From a virus (taxonomy: Duplodnaviria > Heunggongvirae > Uroviricota > Caudoviricetes): a stretch of DNA of 21,516 nt. Position numbers and translations under genes: made by a program. The DNA lies in the IMG/VR virus record IMGVR_UViG_2718218434_000002, positions 1-21,516 of that record. The stretch is one strand, 5' to 3'. This document shows, piece after piece, positions 8,953-17,806 of the stretch. The notes beneath the pieces were generated by a model. It was not told the origin of the DNA. It searched no databases and saw only the letters and a list, made by a program, of their open reading frames with translations. Numbering within the stretch: position 1 is the stretch's first letter; every line of letters begins with the position of its first letter.

Positions 8953-11289
8953 TTACAAATATGTATTGCTATGTAGAGATGTGTTTATTCCATCTTCTAT
9001 CTCAATTTTTGACGAAGCATACTCATCATTCGCACTATCATCAATATCAAACTCATCTTGTAGATGAAGTGACTCATTTAACGGTTTATAAAACTCACCC
9101 ATCATCATTTTGTAATGGGCAGTATGCTCACTACACTCAAATATCTTCTGAAAAACAATTAAATATTTTTGCACAGACTCCGTATCTAAATTCATATAAA
9201 GATCATCACCTGCAAAATGAGAACCATCATTAATCCATGACACTAAAGATTTAAATATGATTTTTTCATCACCATAAAAATGACACTCAAGCTTCCTAAT
9301 ATCCATCCCTCCTAATATCTTAAAGTAATTCTCCAAAATCCTTCGCATTGTATTTTGTATAGTATTATTATTAATATCTGTTCTTCTCAATTCGCACCAG
9401 AGCAAATCATAAGACGTTTTTATTGGGTTTGATTCGCACTTTTCAAGATATGAGACCTTCCCTTTTTTCCTTACAATCCAAAAAGTCTCCTCTTTCATTG
9501 CTTGATTACCGGATCTTTTAGTATTAAAAGTCAACTCTTTATGAAAATAAATATTATGCGTAAGGAATATAATTTGCTTAATATTTCCTTCATCCTTACG
9601 AACATCCTCCATTAAATCTTTAATCAACGAACTTACAATAAACAGAATATCACTATCTAAACTTGAAATTGGATCATCAAATACTACAACACGATCATCT
9701 AAAACACCTGATGCATTATCACTCCCTCTAACAAGACTATAAAAATACAAAAAAGTGATAAATGTCTTTTCTCCCTCGCTAAGAGTTGTACGAGCATTAT
9801 CTCCACTATCTCTCACTATCATATAATGCTTTTTATCTTCGGAGGGTTTTAAGTAAAAATTTTTGAAGCCATAAGAATCCAGAATCTTGTTAATTTTTGT
9901 AATAGTTGGAAGAGTACTGGTTTTATTAGACTCAATTGCCTCAATAGCCGAAGCATTTAACATTAACTTCTTTTTGTCTTCCTCTAACCCAGATTTAAGT
10001 CCTTGTAACCTCCTACTAAATTTATCAGATTCGCTACGGTAAGAAGTTATTTCAGACTTTAACTCCACCTTTACGATATATGCCCATATCTGATTAGAAA
10101 GATTACTAACCTCTACCTTTCTATTACTGTGTATTTTGTTATTATTATCTATCAATAGATTTGAATCATTCAAAAAAGAAATAAAATCATCAACAACTTC
10201 ACTTAAGTCACTAAAATGAACTGATTCACTTAAAAAATTGCGTTTGTTTTTTGCCAATTCAAAATTCTTGTTTAATTCAGATAATACTATCTTAGCCTTA
10301 TCCTCAAATACTTCATAATTTATGAATGGAGATTTAATCGCCCTTATATCATCTATCGCCTGCAAGATATTATTAAGTTGATGTTCATATTGTAAAACCA
10401 ATGCATCGATTTCTCTTTTTTTTAACTCGTATGTTTTATCAAAATATGATGATAGATTATCAAATATATTATCATTTACATCCTGTTGGCAGAATGGGCA
10501 CTTGGGATTAGATTTACTGAAATATGTTAAACCTTCCTTAACCCAATCACTGTTATTGAGCATTGTAATTAAGTCTGAAACACTAACGTCTTTTTTCCCT
10601 AGAATACGCTCACTCCAAATCTCCCTACTCAAAATATCATCTATCCCATTGAAGGATGGAATTGTAATTGATACATGTGATGTCAATTCAGTAGAAAAAA
10701 CAATTTTTGCTTTCTCAATTAGCTCTGCTATTGAGCAAACTTCTGATGTGTTATTTTCATACTCAGCCAACACTCTAGCTTTAAATTTTTCACTACTATT
10801 CCTTAATCCCTCAAAAGCCTTTGAGAACACATTATCATGTTTTATTTTTTGCTTCCAACATGAATCTTTAAAAGATTTTTCATGGTCTTCGATTTGTTTA
10901 ACAACGCCTAATATATTATCACCACCATCTATTAGCTTTTCCTTTGCTATAATAGATTCTATTAGCTTATTTTTTTCTTCTTCAAGAGATATTAGTTTCT
11001 CTTCATCCTCCTTAAGATCGCTACCAAGGGTAAATACACCTTTAATTTTATCTTGACTAAAATTTCTTTCAACAAAATCTTTATTATATACGTAGCTTAT
11101 TAAAGATATATTATTTTTCCATTTAATCGGACATGTTGGATATTGTTCAGGGTCATTAATAATTTTACTTATAGTTGTTTTACCTGCACCATTAGCTCCA
11201 TATAAATAGTTAAATTTAGAAAGCCCATGTAAAAGCTGAGTAGGGCCATTATATGAGCCTACTTTGTCAATAACTACCTCTTCAATCAT
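8953..11289 (-). CDS. Stand-alone ABC-type ATPase with coiled-coil CxxC hook and C-terminal nuclease-like domain (AAA_13 / RloC-PrrC-like candidate), 778 aa
   Basis: Motifs read from the translation: Walker A GANGAGKTT (aa 31-39, nt 11173-11199), CPFC near the middle of a long charged heptad-like insert (nt about 10486-10500), ABC signature LSEGEK, Walker B VVVFDDP, H-loop LTHN, then a roughly 200-aa tail containing RRILE and a later GSH. The gene is visibly AT-rich compared with flanking phage genes. Confidence 0.6.
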   Translation of the reverse strand: MIEEVVIDKVGSYNGPTQLLHGLSKFNYLYGANGAGKTTISKIINDPEQYPTCPIKWKNNISLISYVYNKDFVERNFSQDKIKGVFTLGSDLKEDEEKLISLEEEKNKLIESIIAKEKLIDGGDNILGVVKQIEDHEKSFKDSCWKQKIKHDNVFSKAFEGLRNSSEKFKARVLAEYENNTSEVCSIAELIEKAKIVFSTELTSHVSITIPSFNGIDDILSREIWSERILGKKDVSVSDLITMLNNSDWVKEGLTYFSKSNPKCPFCQQDVNDNIFDNLSSYFDKTYELKKREIDALVLQYEHQLNNILQAIDDIRAIKSPFINYEVFEDKAKIVLSELNKNFELAKNKRNFLSESVHFSDLSEVVDDFISFLNDSNLLIDNNNKIHSNRKVEVSNLSNQIWAYIVKVELKSEITSYRSESDKFSRRLQGLKSGLEEDKKKLMLNASAIEAIESNKTSTLPTITKINKILDSYGFKNFYLKPSEDKKHYMIVRDSGDNARTTLSEGEKTFITFLYFYSLVRGSDNASGVLDDRVVVFDDPISSLDSDILFIVSSLIKDLMEDVRKDEGNIKQIIFLTHNIYFHKELTFNTKRSGNQAMKEETFWIVRKKGKVSYLEKCESNPIKTSYDLLWCELRRTDINNNTIQNTMRRILENYFKILGGMDIRKLECHFYGDEKIIFKSLVSWINDGSHFAGDDLYMNLDTESVQKYLIVFQKIFECSEHTAHYKMMMGEFYKPLNESLHLQDEFDIDDSANDEYASSKIEIEDGINTSLHSNTYL

Positions 11290-11422
11290 CCTCTAATCCT
11301 CAAAAAACAGATTAATCCTATCAAATCAATGATAATAGAAGACATTACTTACCTAATTACAAGGTGATCATTTATACAGCTGTGAATAAATCAGGCTAAT
11401 CATCTATTTGTCATAACGCGCG

Positions 11423-11441
11423 CTCGTATCCCCGCCACGCC
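11423..11441 (-). other. cos-like cohesive-end sequence (P2/186 type)
   Basis: The minus strand reads GGCGTGGCGGGGATACGAG. The first 13 nt match the 186 cohesive end (GGCGTGGCGGGGAAAGCAT) as recalled. Orientation and position (Q side to the left, A side to the right) fit the P2 left end. Confidence 0.45.
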
Positions 11442-11712
11442 TGCCCGCTTTATATAGTGGTTTTCATGCACCTGCATGACATAAGCAAAAGCCCGCCATA
11501 CCTAGCAGGCCCCAACTAGAGCGATCCTTAAACGATCATGCGGATTCATGCAGTATAGACATGCAGTAGTTACGCCAAACCGTGTAGCGAGGCCACCTGC
11601 TAAAAATGTTCACGGAGTAACATTTGATCTCCACTGCAAAAAATGAAACTTTCGCTTTCACCAAATATAACAAGAGGTAATCTTTGGTGTTTTACACAGC
11701 AAACGGTGAGCC

Positions 11713-12294
11713 ATGAAAGTCAACATAAAACAGATTGTTGGAAATTGGGAATTAGGTCTTGCGATGGATAAACACAGCATCCGCAGCATTCCCATTGGTT
11801 ACGATGAGTGGGGACATATGCGGTTTGAGACGGAGCGTACTGAGGTAGGCGAATCTCTTTTCCAGCTTAAATACCGTGACGATTGGTCACAAGTTAAGCC
11901 TTTAGCCCAATGCCTAGCAGAGCATGCCTTTCCTCATTTCAGCAATGTCGGGTTTATCGTTCCAATGGCTGCATCTAATCAGCGTGCACGCCAGCCAGTG
12001 ACCGAAATAGCTCAGGAACTAGCCAAACTAGTTGGCAAACCATGCTTCGATGACCTCTTGTTGAAAGCCCCCGGCGGGGCATCGCTAAAGAACCTGAATA
12101 CAAAAGAAGAGAAAATCACGGCGCTGGGTAATTCGTTCTCTGTTAATGACAGTATTGAGAATAATGGCAACTGGAATGTCCTTATCATTGACGACCTCTA
12201 CCATACAGGCGCATCTATGGAGGCTGCTTGTGCTGTGCTAAACGATTATACTAAGGTTAGAAGCATTTATGTTGCAGCTTTGACTTGGAGATAG
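11713..12294 (+). CDS. Type I phosphoribosyltransferase-domain protein (PRTase), 193 aa
   Basis: PRPP-binding signature VLIIDDLYHTGASM (nt about 12178-12219) near the C-terminus. ATG preceded by GGTGAG. Its stop lies 2 nt before the next gene's ATG. Confidence 0.8.
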   Translation: MKVNIKQIVGNWELGLAMDKHSIRSIPIGYDEWGHMRFETERTEVGESLFQLKYRDDWSQVKPLAQCLAEHAFPHFSNVGFIVPMAASNQRARQPVTEIAQELAKLVGKPCFDDLLLKAPGGASLKNLNTKEEKITALGNSFSVNDSIENNGNWNVLIIDDLYHTGASMEAACAVLNDYTKVRSIYVAALTWR

Positions 12295-12296
12295 TG

Positions 12297-12854
12297 ATGA
12301 CTACGGTATTTGTTGCTGGTTCAATAACCATCAAAAACCTTGACACACTCATCGTGGATCGTCTGAAAAAAATTGTTAACTCGCGTTTTCGTATTGTAGT
12401 TGGTGATGCCAATGGTGTTGATTCATCTGTTCAACGCGTATTGCTAGAACTTGGATGTGAAAAAGCCACAGTATTCAGTAGCTCAGAAAAACCGCGCAAT
12501 AATCTTGGCTCATGGCCTGTACATGTAGTAAGTACTAGCCATGCAGCCGGCACTCGCGCGTTTTTCACTGCGAAAGATCTCAAAATGGCAGAAGAAGCCG
12601 ATTATGGATTAATGGTTTGGGATACGAAGAGCACGGGTACTCTGAGTAACGTGATTGAGCTTCTTAAACGTAAAAAATACTCTGTCGTTTTTGTTAATAA
12701 ATACAAAAAGTTCTTTATTATCAAATCTCCAGAGCACCTTGACGCTTTGATTAACTGCATGTCACCAGCCTCTTTGGAAAAAGCTGATGAAAAGATCAGA
12801 TTGCGCGAAAAAATCAACCAACTAAAAAACGAGCAAATCCAGATGTTTATGTGA
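12297..12854 (+). CDS. DprA/Smf-like (SLOG superfamily) Rossmann-fold protein, about 185 aa
   Basis: RIVVGDANGVDSSVQR resembles the DprA VSGLARGIDxxAH motif, and a later KSTGTLSNVIELLKRKK resembles the DprA SGS(L) region. ATG at 12297 with GGAG 7 nt upstream, so it is co-transcribed with the PRTase. The ORF track starts 4 codons earlier at TTG. Confidence 0.65.
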   Translation: MTTVFVAGSITIKNLDTLIVDRLKKIVNSRFRIVVGDANGVDSSVQRVLLELGCEKATVFSSSEKPRNNLGSWPVHVVSTSHAAGTRAFFTAKDLKMAEEADYGLMVWDTKSTGTLSNVIELLKRKKYSVVFVNKYKKFFIIKSPEHLDALINCMSPASLEKADEKIRLREKINQLKNEQIQMFM

Positions 12855-12943
12855 AATTCTTTGATGATAACACTAACGCCTCGCCCTGCTCGTTGTTCAA
12901 CCTTGCTGGCTTCAGAATCAAGTACTGATGCCAGCAACGTTTC

Positions 12944-13177
12944 TTAATGCAGCCAGCTGTCGTCTTCCCACACCTTCTGCATAATTTTCATCACTTGTTT
13001 TCTTTCTTCGTCCAGTTGCAGTCCGGTCAGTTCCACACCGTTAGAGCTACCTTTTCGGATACGAATTACCGTTTTGGGATACAGGGGGCGCAGATTGCGG
13101 TAAAGCTCGGATTCAAGGGCGTCCAGGGTAGACTGGCTAATCTTCTGCTCTTTATCGATCATTATTTCAATGCGCAT
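12944..13177 (-). CDS. DinI-family protein (77 aa), equivalent to the C-terminal part of 186 Tum
   Basis: MRIEIMIDKEQKISQSTLDALESEL...KVWEDDSWLH aligns by eye with E. coli DinI (MRIEVTIAK...). Internal ATG at 13177 with GAGGTGA upstream chosen as the start. The ORF track's longer frame overlaps the upstream gene. Confidence 0.8.
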   Translation of the reverse strand: MRIEIMIDKEQKISQSTLDALESELYRNLRPLYPKTVIRIRKGSSNGVELTGLQLDEERKQVMKIMQKVWEDDSWLH

Positions 13178-13187
13178 AAAAGTCACC

Positions 13188-13376
13188 TCAACTGATGACA
13201 TCCATTGAGCGGTTGTATTCGTGAGTTCTGATTTTTGCCATGAGTTCATCAGTCAATTCAGAAACCCACTGCAGGGCCAGCCCCTTCTCTTCATCACTAC
13301 ACTCACTAGCCGCTACAAGCTTAAGAAAAAAATCAATGCGCTGGAGCTTCAAAGACTCCAAAAAATAGTCCTGCAT
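13188..13376 (-). CDS. Small acidic protein (62 aa), candidate Tum-like antirepressor N-terminal module
   Basis: ATG with a strong AGGAGG RBS, immediately downstream of a LexA box and 10 nt upstream of the dinI-like gene. Function inferred from the arrangement only. Confidence 0.5.
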   Translation of the reverse strand: MQDYFLESLKLQRIDFFLKLVAASECSDEEKGLALQWVSELTDELMAKIRTHEYNRSMDVIS

Positions 13377-13418
13377 CTTTCCTCCTATGACACCAAAGCA
13401 ATACTGTATACATAACCA

Positions 13419-13434
13419 CTGTTTATATTTACAG
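13419..13434. promoter_or_regulatory. LexA (SOS) box CTGTTTATATTTACAG
   Basis: Perfect CTGT-N8-ACAG palindrome with an AT-rich spacer, about 45 bp upstream of the 62-aa ORF start on the minus strand. An overlapping partial site tactgtatac lies just to the left. Confidence 0.7.
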
Positions 13435-13528
13435 TATATAATAATCTTACTGATGTAAAACGTTTTTTTACGCTCATCAGCCTGATATGCCTGGTATTAT
13501 TAAGAGCACGAATTGTTAACCCGCGTAA

Positions 13529-15901
13529 TTAATACAGGTTTCGCCACTTATCATCTTCCTGCAAACGCTGGTTCCGATAGAAGATACGCAGGCCTGCTCC
13601 TGACGGAATACTGCCTCCGCGAAGCAGTAAATCGACCTCTTTCTCGCTGCCATCAAATCCCCTGGACTTCAGTTCATACACGAGCTGCAGTCGCTGATGG
13701 TCTGTAATTCGCTGTTTGTAGTCTTTACGCCGTTTCGGTTTCACCAGGCGTAACCTTGCTGCCAGTTCCCGGCGCTCTTTTTTGCTCATACTGTGCAGGT
13801 AATCGTGCAACTCCTTGTCATCCATGCGGGTGATATCCGTTCTGGTATCTCCATCAGCTGATTTGTCTTTCCCTTGTTGGTACAAATTTTCAGCAAGGGG
13901 ACAGTTATTGCCACGAGTCCAAGGGGCGCAAGCGCCCTGGCCGGCTGCCGCCTCCTGAACATCAACGGCCTTACGAACCATTTTCCACTTCACGGCATGA
14001 GTGCAGATCTTGCCCTCTGCAATAGGTGACCAGATGCCATAAATACGAATGCCGTGATCGCCATAGGCGGTCGGCTCTTCGTTGATTTCATAAGCGGTTC
14101 TGATGAGGTGATATTTGCGGGGAACCAGTACGCCGCCCTGCTTCATGATGTAGGTGGCAAAACAACCAGCATCAGCAGCAGCCAGGATGGCATCAAGGCG
14201 CGGGTTATCCAGTACCGGCGCACCTGCTTTTTTGTCCCCCTGTTGCCTTGCCGCCTGACCAGCCAGCAATCGCAGTTCACGGTAAGCCTGACGCCCCGGA
14301 ATGCCAAAGAAGCGGAATTGCTGAACACGATGCAGAGACGCCCAGGCATTAACGTATTCAGCATTATCACGCAGGGATTTCCCCGTTTCCTTGCTGATCT
14401 CGCCAGCCAGACCACGCCCGTCAATGTTCTTACTGATGTATTTCGCGATGTAGCTTGTTGGCGTACCTTTGCGCGGGTTAATCAACTCAGACTTAAAGCG
14501 CGGCCCAGTGTTATTGCCCAGTTCCTCGCGGTCTTCACGGATGGCAAACTTACGCAGTAATGCAGTGATGGCGCGGCGGTCTTTTTTGCGCATAAAACAC
14601 AACAGGTGCCAGTGAACTGTACCGTCATGATGCGGCTCAGCCACCCGCACGCCATACCACCGCAATCCGGCTTTGTGCATCGCCTTACGAAATGCAGCAA
14701 ACATGCCGACCAGATAATCACTGCTTTGTCTTACCGTCGCATTTGTCCAAGTTGGGTTGGGCCTGCCATTATTTAGCGTGGAATGGAAACGTGACGGACA
14801 GGTGATGGTGTAGAAAACGGCGCAGTCACCGCGCATTTCCGCGATAAGCTCCAGGCCTTTAACACAGGCCATCATCTCATTGCGGCGATGCGCAGGGTTG
14901 CTGCTGCTGGCGTTTACCACGTCTTCCATATCCAGCGTGTCGCCGTCTTCGTTCACCAGTTCATGAGAACGAAAAAACTCCAGCGACTTACGGCGCTGCT
15001 CACGTTTATGCATCACGGCTTCATAGCTGACATAGGGAGATGCTTTTTTGCTGACCAGGCAGACAGCACGCAACTGCTCTTCCCGCCATTCGCAACGCAT
15101 CTTCCATAATTTCCGGTACCACCAGTCAGCGCACAACATACGCGCCAGCGAACCCGGAATGAGTTCATAGGGCACGGGTTTACGGCGGTTTCTTTTCCGG
15201 CGGAGTTGCTCAAACGCAGGCGGGATGACATCCAGACGCAGGGTTTCCGCTGCCACCTTTTCCCATGTCTTGCGGATTTCTTCTGGCTTAACGTCATCGG
15301 TGACATACAAATCGCCACAAGCTGCATCAAGGCACATGCTCATATGCGCAGCTACCAGGGTGGACAGGCGTTTCACCTGATCCTGACTCATTTCAGGCAG
15401 GATCAGCAGGCCGTCCAGCCCTTCATGGCTTGCCATAAAGCGAAAAGAAGTGGATAGCTGACAGTCGCGTACATGCTCCAGCCGTTCCAGACATGGCTTA
15501 ATCGTCTCACGCAAATAGCGGGAATAAGCCTTTGGCCTGCCCAGGCTGCTGAAGTATTCAATACGTTGCATCAGCGGCTTGCTGATATGGGAAGGCTGGG
15601 CATTGACGTCCGCCAGAATGACCATATCTGGATTAAAACGCTGCTGCTCATGCGCCAGCTTTGCCCGACTAATGAGCTTATCCTGCTCCATTTCGCGCTG
15701 GACAGGATCACGGGATTCATTAAAGAAATAACGCTCCCAGACCTGATCACTCAGTGCCTCGCGGCGCAGCTGTTCCTGCTCGTTATCGGCAGCGTACAGA
15801 GCGATCAGGTTTGAAAGCGCAGAAACTGAAGATTGCTCTTCTGTCTCTACGTAAGGATTGATTGCTTTTTTCTCAGCATTCCAGGAATAGCTGTAGTTCA
15901 T
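13529..15901 (-). CDS. A: Replication initiation protein A (rolling-circle HUH endonuclease, P2 gpA family), about 790 aa
   Basis: HUH motif in [15 protein letters not shown] and the downstream [12 protein letters not shown] segment match P2 gpA from memory. Start set at the ATG that overlaps the stop of the upstream gene (TAATG). The ORF track extends 17 codons further. Confidence 0.9.
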   Translation of the reverse strand: MNYSYSWNAEKKAINPYVETEEQSSVSALSNLIALYAADNEQEQLRREALSDQVWERYFFNESRDPVQREMEQDKLISRAKLAHEQQRFNPDMVILADVNAQPSHISKPLMQRIEYFSSLGRPKAYSRYLRETIKPCLERLEHVRDCQLSTSFRFMASHEGLDGLLILPEMSQDQVKRLSTLVAAHMSMCLDAACGDLYVTDDVKPEEIRKTWEKVAAETLRLDVIPPAFEQLRRKRNRRKPVPYELIPGSLARMLCADWWYRKLWKMRCEWREEQLRAVCLVSKKASPYVSYEAVMHKREQRRKSLEFFRSHELVNEDGDTLDMEDVVNASSSNPAHRRNEMMACVKGLELIAEMRGDCAVFYTITCPSRFHSTLNNGRPNPTWTNATVRQSSDYLVGMFAAFRKAMHKAGLRWYGVRVAEPHHDGTVHWHLLCFMRKKDRRAITALLRKFAIREDREELGNNTGPRFKSELINPRKGTPTSYIAKYISKNIDGRGLAGEISKETGKSLRDNAEYVNAWASLHRVQQFRFFGIPGRQAYRELRLLAGQAARQQGDKKAGAPVLDNPRLDAILAAADAGCFATYIMKQGGVLVPRKYHLIRTAYEINEEPTAYGDHGIRIYGIWSPIAEGKICTHAVKWKMVRKAVDVQEAAAGQGACAPWTRGNNCPLAENLYQQGKDKSADGDTRTDITRMDDKELHDYLHSMSKKERRELAARLRLVKPKRRKDYKQRITDHQRLQLVYELKSRGFDGSEKEVDLLLRGGSIPSGAGLRIFYRNQRLQEDDKWRNLY

Positions 15902-16731
15902 TACGCAATCTCCAGTTCGAGCTGTGAAGGCTGCAAACCATTCGACAGCCAATCAGAAACTGAAGGTGGGCGAACAGCTTCAATTGCACCTTTTAAAATT
16001 GCGCAACGGTTTTTCAGAATGACAGCTTTCAGCTCCTTTTCCGTCAGATTGCGCGAATACTCAGCCTCCTGAATAGCCCGCGTCAGCTCAGGATATTTGC
16101 TATTAAATTTGGGGACATTGCAGGCAAGATTTGTACTGTCGGCAGTCGCCAGTGGGTAATTTCCCAACACACGACCGTCAAGCATGCGCAAACCATGAAC
16201 AGCTGTTTTGAAATTGTGTCGGCAATAAATTGCTTCAAAAGCGTCCTGCATACGACGATGCCAGTGCGCAGTTCTGATAGCCGCATATTCACCAGACGAT
16301 CCAAAGCAGACACGAGGCCATTCACGACATAGCTCGATAAGCCGATCGATTGACTCGTGCAGATGCCAGACGGGAGTTGCCTTCCCGTAGAACATTTTCG
16401 GAACTTCGTTTATCAGGGCATCATTGTCACGTTCACCTCCGTCCACAACATCAGGAATGACAAAAAAAGCGACCTTAGGATGGTGGTAATAGTTCAGGAG
16501 CCATTTATAAAAATCACTCCAGTTAATTTTTAGCCCACGCACCCATGCAGAAAATGCGCCGTTATCAATGCCGACGACCTGAGCGTGCTGAATGGACGCC
16601 GCAATCTGATCTGGTCGTACATAGGAGACGAAAGCGCCAGCTCCGCTCACCGCAATACGATGAACGTCGCCAGCACTTCCCCAGACAGGCGTCCCATGGA
16701 AATGATGAATTCCGTGGTGCATTTCTTTCAC
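15901..16731 (-). CDS. Hypothetical protein (276 aa) coupled to the Dam methylase; possible TIM-barrel TGT/DpdA-like DNA-modification enzyme
   Basis: Translationally coupled to dam upstream (GTGA overlap) and to A downstream. Motif order GIDNGAFS ... FFVIPDVV ... CFGSSGEY ... ATADSTN loosely parallels the tRNA-guanine transglycosylase motifs TDSGGFQ ... IFDEC ... LMGVG ... MFDCV. The fold assignment is tentative. Confidence 0.7.
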   Translation of the reverse strand: MKEMHHGIHHFHGTPVWGSAGDVHRIAVSGAGAFVSYVRPDQIAASIQHAQVVGIDNGAFSAWVRGLKINWSDFYKWLLNYYHHPKVAFFVIPDVVDGGERDNDALINEVPKMFYGKATPVWHLHESIDRLIELCREWPRVCFGSSGEYAAIRTAHWHRRMQDAFEAIYCRHNFKTAVHGLRMLDGRVLGNYPLATADSTNLACNVPKFNSKYPELTRAIQEAEYSRNLTEKELKAVILKNRCAILKGAIEAVRPPSVSDWLSNGLQPSQLELEIA

Positions 16732-17582
16732 ACTTGCACCCCGAAAATAACAGTAGAGTCACGTCCCCTACTAAAATCGGCACTAAACCAATTAGCAGAT
16801 TTAGTGGCAATCATCTCTGTTGCAAATTTTCCCTCCCCCGCTGCAACGCCGATGCTGCGTTTCGCCCTGATGTAGTGGTGAGTGAAATTACGATAAAGGG
16901 ACCGGGTCAAAGACGTGTTACTGTTAGAAACAATGACCGGATGTCCTTCTGATGACCGATGTTCAAGAATGGATGCCAGGTGATACTGATCATCTTCAGT
17001 GAAACCATCAGTGTGATAGCCGGAAAACGTACCGTCATAAGGCGGATCGCAATACACCACATCCCCCACCTTCAACATCGCCAGCGTTTCATCAAAGCTG
17101 GCGCAGATAAACGTTGCCCGCTGGGCTTTCTCTGCAAATGCGCGAATTTCTTTTTCAGGGAAATACGGATTTTTATAATTACCGTAGGGAATGTTGAAAT
17201 GCCCGCTCTTGTTATAGCGACATAAACCACGGTAACCGTGACGATTGAGATACAGGAAATATACCGCTTTCATGAAATCAGTAATTTCAGTGGAGTAATT
17301 AAACTCCTGCCTTATGTTGTAATAAGCCACCTCCCTGTTTGCTTCCTCAAATAAAGCTCTGGCACGAGATATAAACGCCTCACAATCAGCAGCAACCTTT
17401 TTATAGAGGTTGATTAAATCAGGATTAATATCCGCAACAAGATAGCTGGGATAATCCGTCTCCATCATCACTGCACAGGAACCCGCGAAAGGTTCAACCA
17501 GTCGCGGGCCAGCAGGAAGATACTTTTTCAGTTCGGACATTATGGCGGTTTTATTTCCTGCCCATTTCAGGATGGTGCTCAT
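16728..17582 (-). CDS. dam: DNA adenine methyltransferase (Dam family, probably GATC-specific), 284 aa
   Basis: Motifs KWAGNK, EPFAGS (AdoMet binding) and CDPPY (catalytic). ATG at 17582 overlaps the stop of the upstream TraR-like gene (ATGA). The ORF track extends 20 codons upstream. Confidence 0.9.
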   Translation of the reverse strand: MSTILKWAGNKTAIMSELKKYLPAGPRLVEPFAGSCAVMMETDYPSYLVADINPDLINLYKKVAADCEAFISRARALFEEANREVAYYNIRQEFNYSTEITDFMKAVYFLYLNRHGYRGLCRYNKSGHFNIPYGNYKNPYFPEKEIRAFAEKAQRATFICASFDETLAMLKVGDVVYCDPPYDGTFSGYHTDGFTEDDQYHLASILEHRSSEGHPVIVSNSNTSLTRSLYRNFTHHYIRAKRSIGVAAGEGKFATEMIATKSANWFSADFSRGRDSTVIFGVQV

Positions 17583-17806
17583 ACAGCACCTCCGTTGTAA
17601 TGTTTGCCTTTCAGCTCTGCGATTTCCTGACAGGTAATGCAAAGCTGCACACCCGGAATGGCACGGCGGCGTGCTGGCGGAATTGGCGCTTCACACTCAA
17701 CGCAAAGCACGCGGGACACGCCCGGCGTTTTGGCACGGGCAGCACGGATATGGCGTTGGCGTTCTTCTTCAACGCGCTGCTGTACGAGATCCATTGCATC
17801 AGCCAT
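17579..17806 (-). CDS. TraR/DksA-family C4 zinc-finger protein, 75 aa
   Basis: CVEC-x17-CITC finger. Small basic protein in the early operon, as with the P2 orf82 class from memory. Confidence 0.8.
   Translation of the reverse strand: MADAMDLVQQRVEEERQRHIRAARAKTPGVSRVLCVECEAPIPPARRRAIPGVQLCITCQEIAELKGKHYNGGAV

Noticed and set aside
10502-11056. 184-aa plus-strand ORF inside the 778-aa ATPase gene
   Set aside because: Antisense to the ATPase gene in an AT-rich region. The translation is Ser/Leu/Ile-rich and low-complexity with no RBS.
8953-11289. Possibility that the 778-aa ATPase is the P2 Old nuclease
   Set aside because: Old combines an ABC ATPase with a C-terminal Toprim domain. This protein instead has a long coiled-coil insert with a CxxC pair and no recognisable Toprim E / DxD pattern, so an RloC/PrrC-like assignment fits better.
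11643-11780. 45-codon plus-strand ORF upstream of and overlapping the PRTase start
   Set aside because: No RBS, overlaps the PRTase start in another frame, and has no recognisable features. Treated as chance ORF in the leader region.
12602-13415. ORFs of 111 aa (minus), 82 aa (plus) and 64 aa (plus) overlapping the DprA-like and DinI-like genes
   Set aside because: Each is antisense to, or an out-of-frame extension of, a better-supported gene and lacks its own RBS.
14054-15814. Several 70-170-aa ORFs on both strands within gene A
   Set aside because: Embedded in or antisense to the replication initiator gene, which has a clear HUH motif and continuous coding signal. No independent support.
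17579-17806. Possibility that the 75-aa zinc-finger protein is a second Ogr/B-type late activator
   Set aside because: Its finger is CxxC-x17-CxxC (TraR/DksA type), not the Cys-x2-Cys-x22-Cys-x4-Cys Ogr type, which is already represented at 2856-3074.
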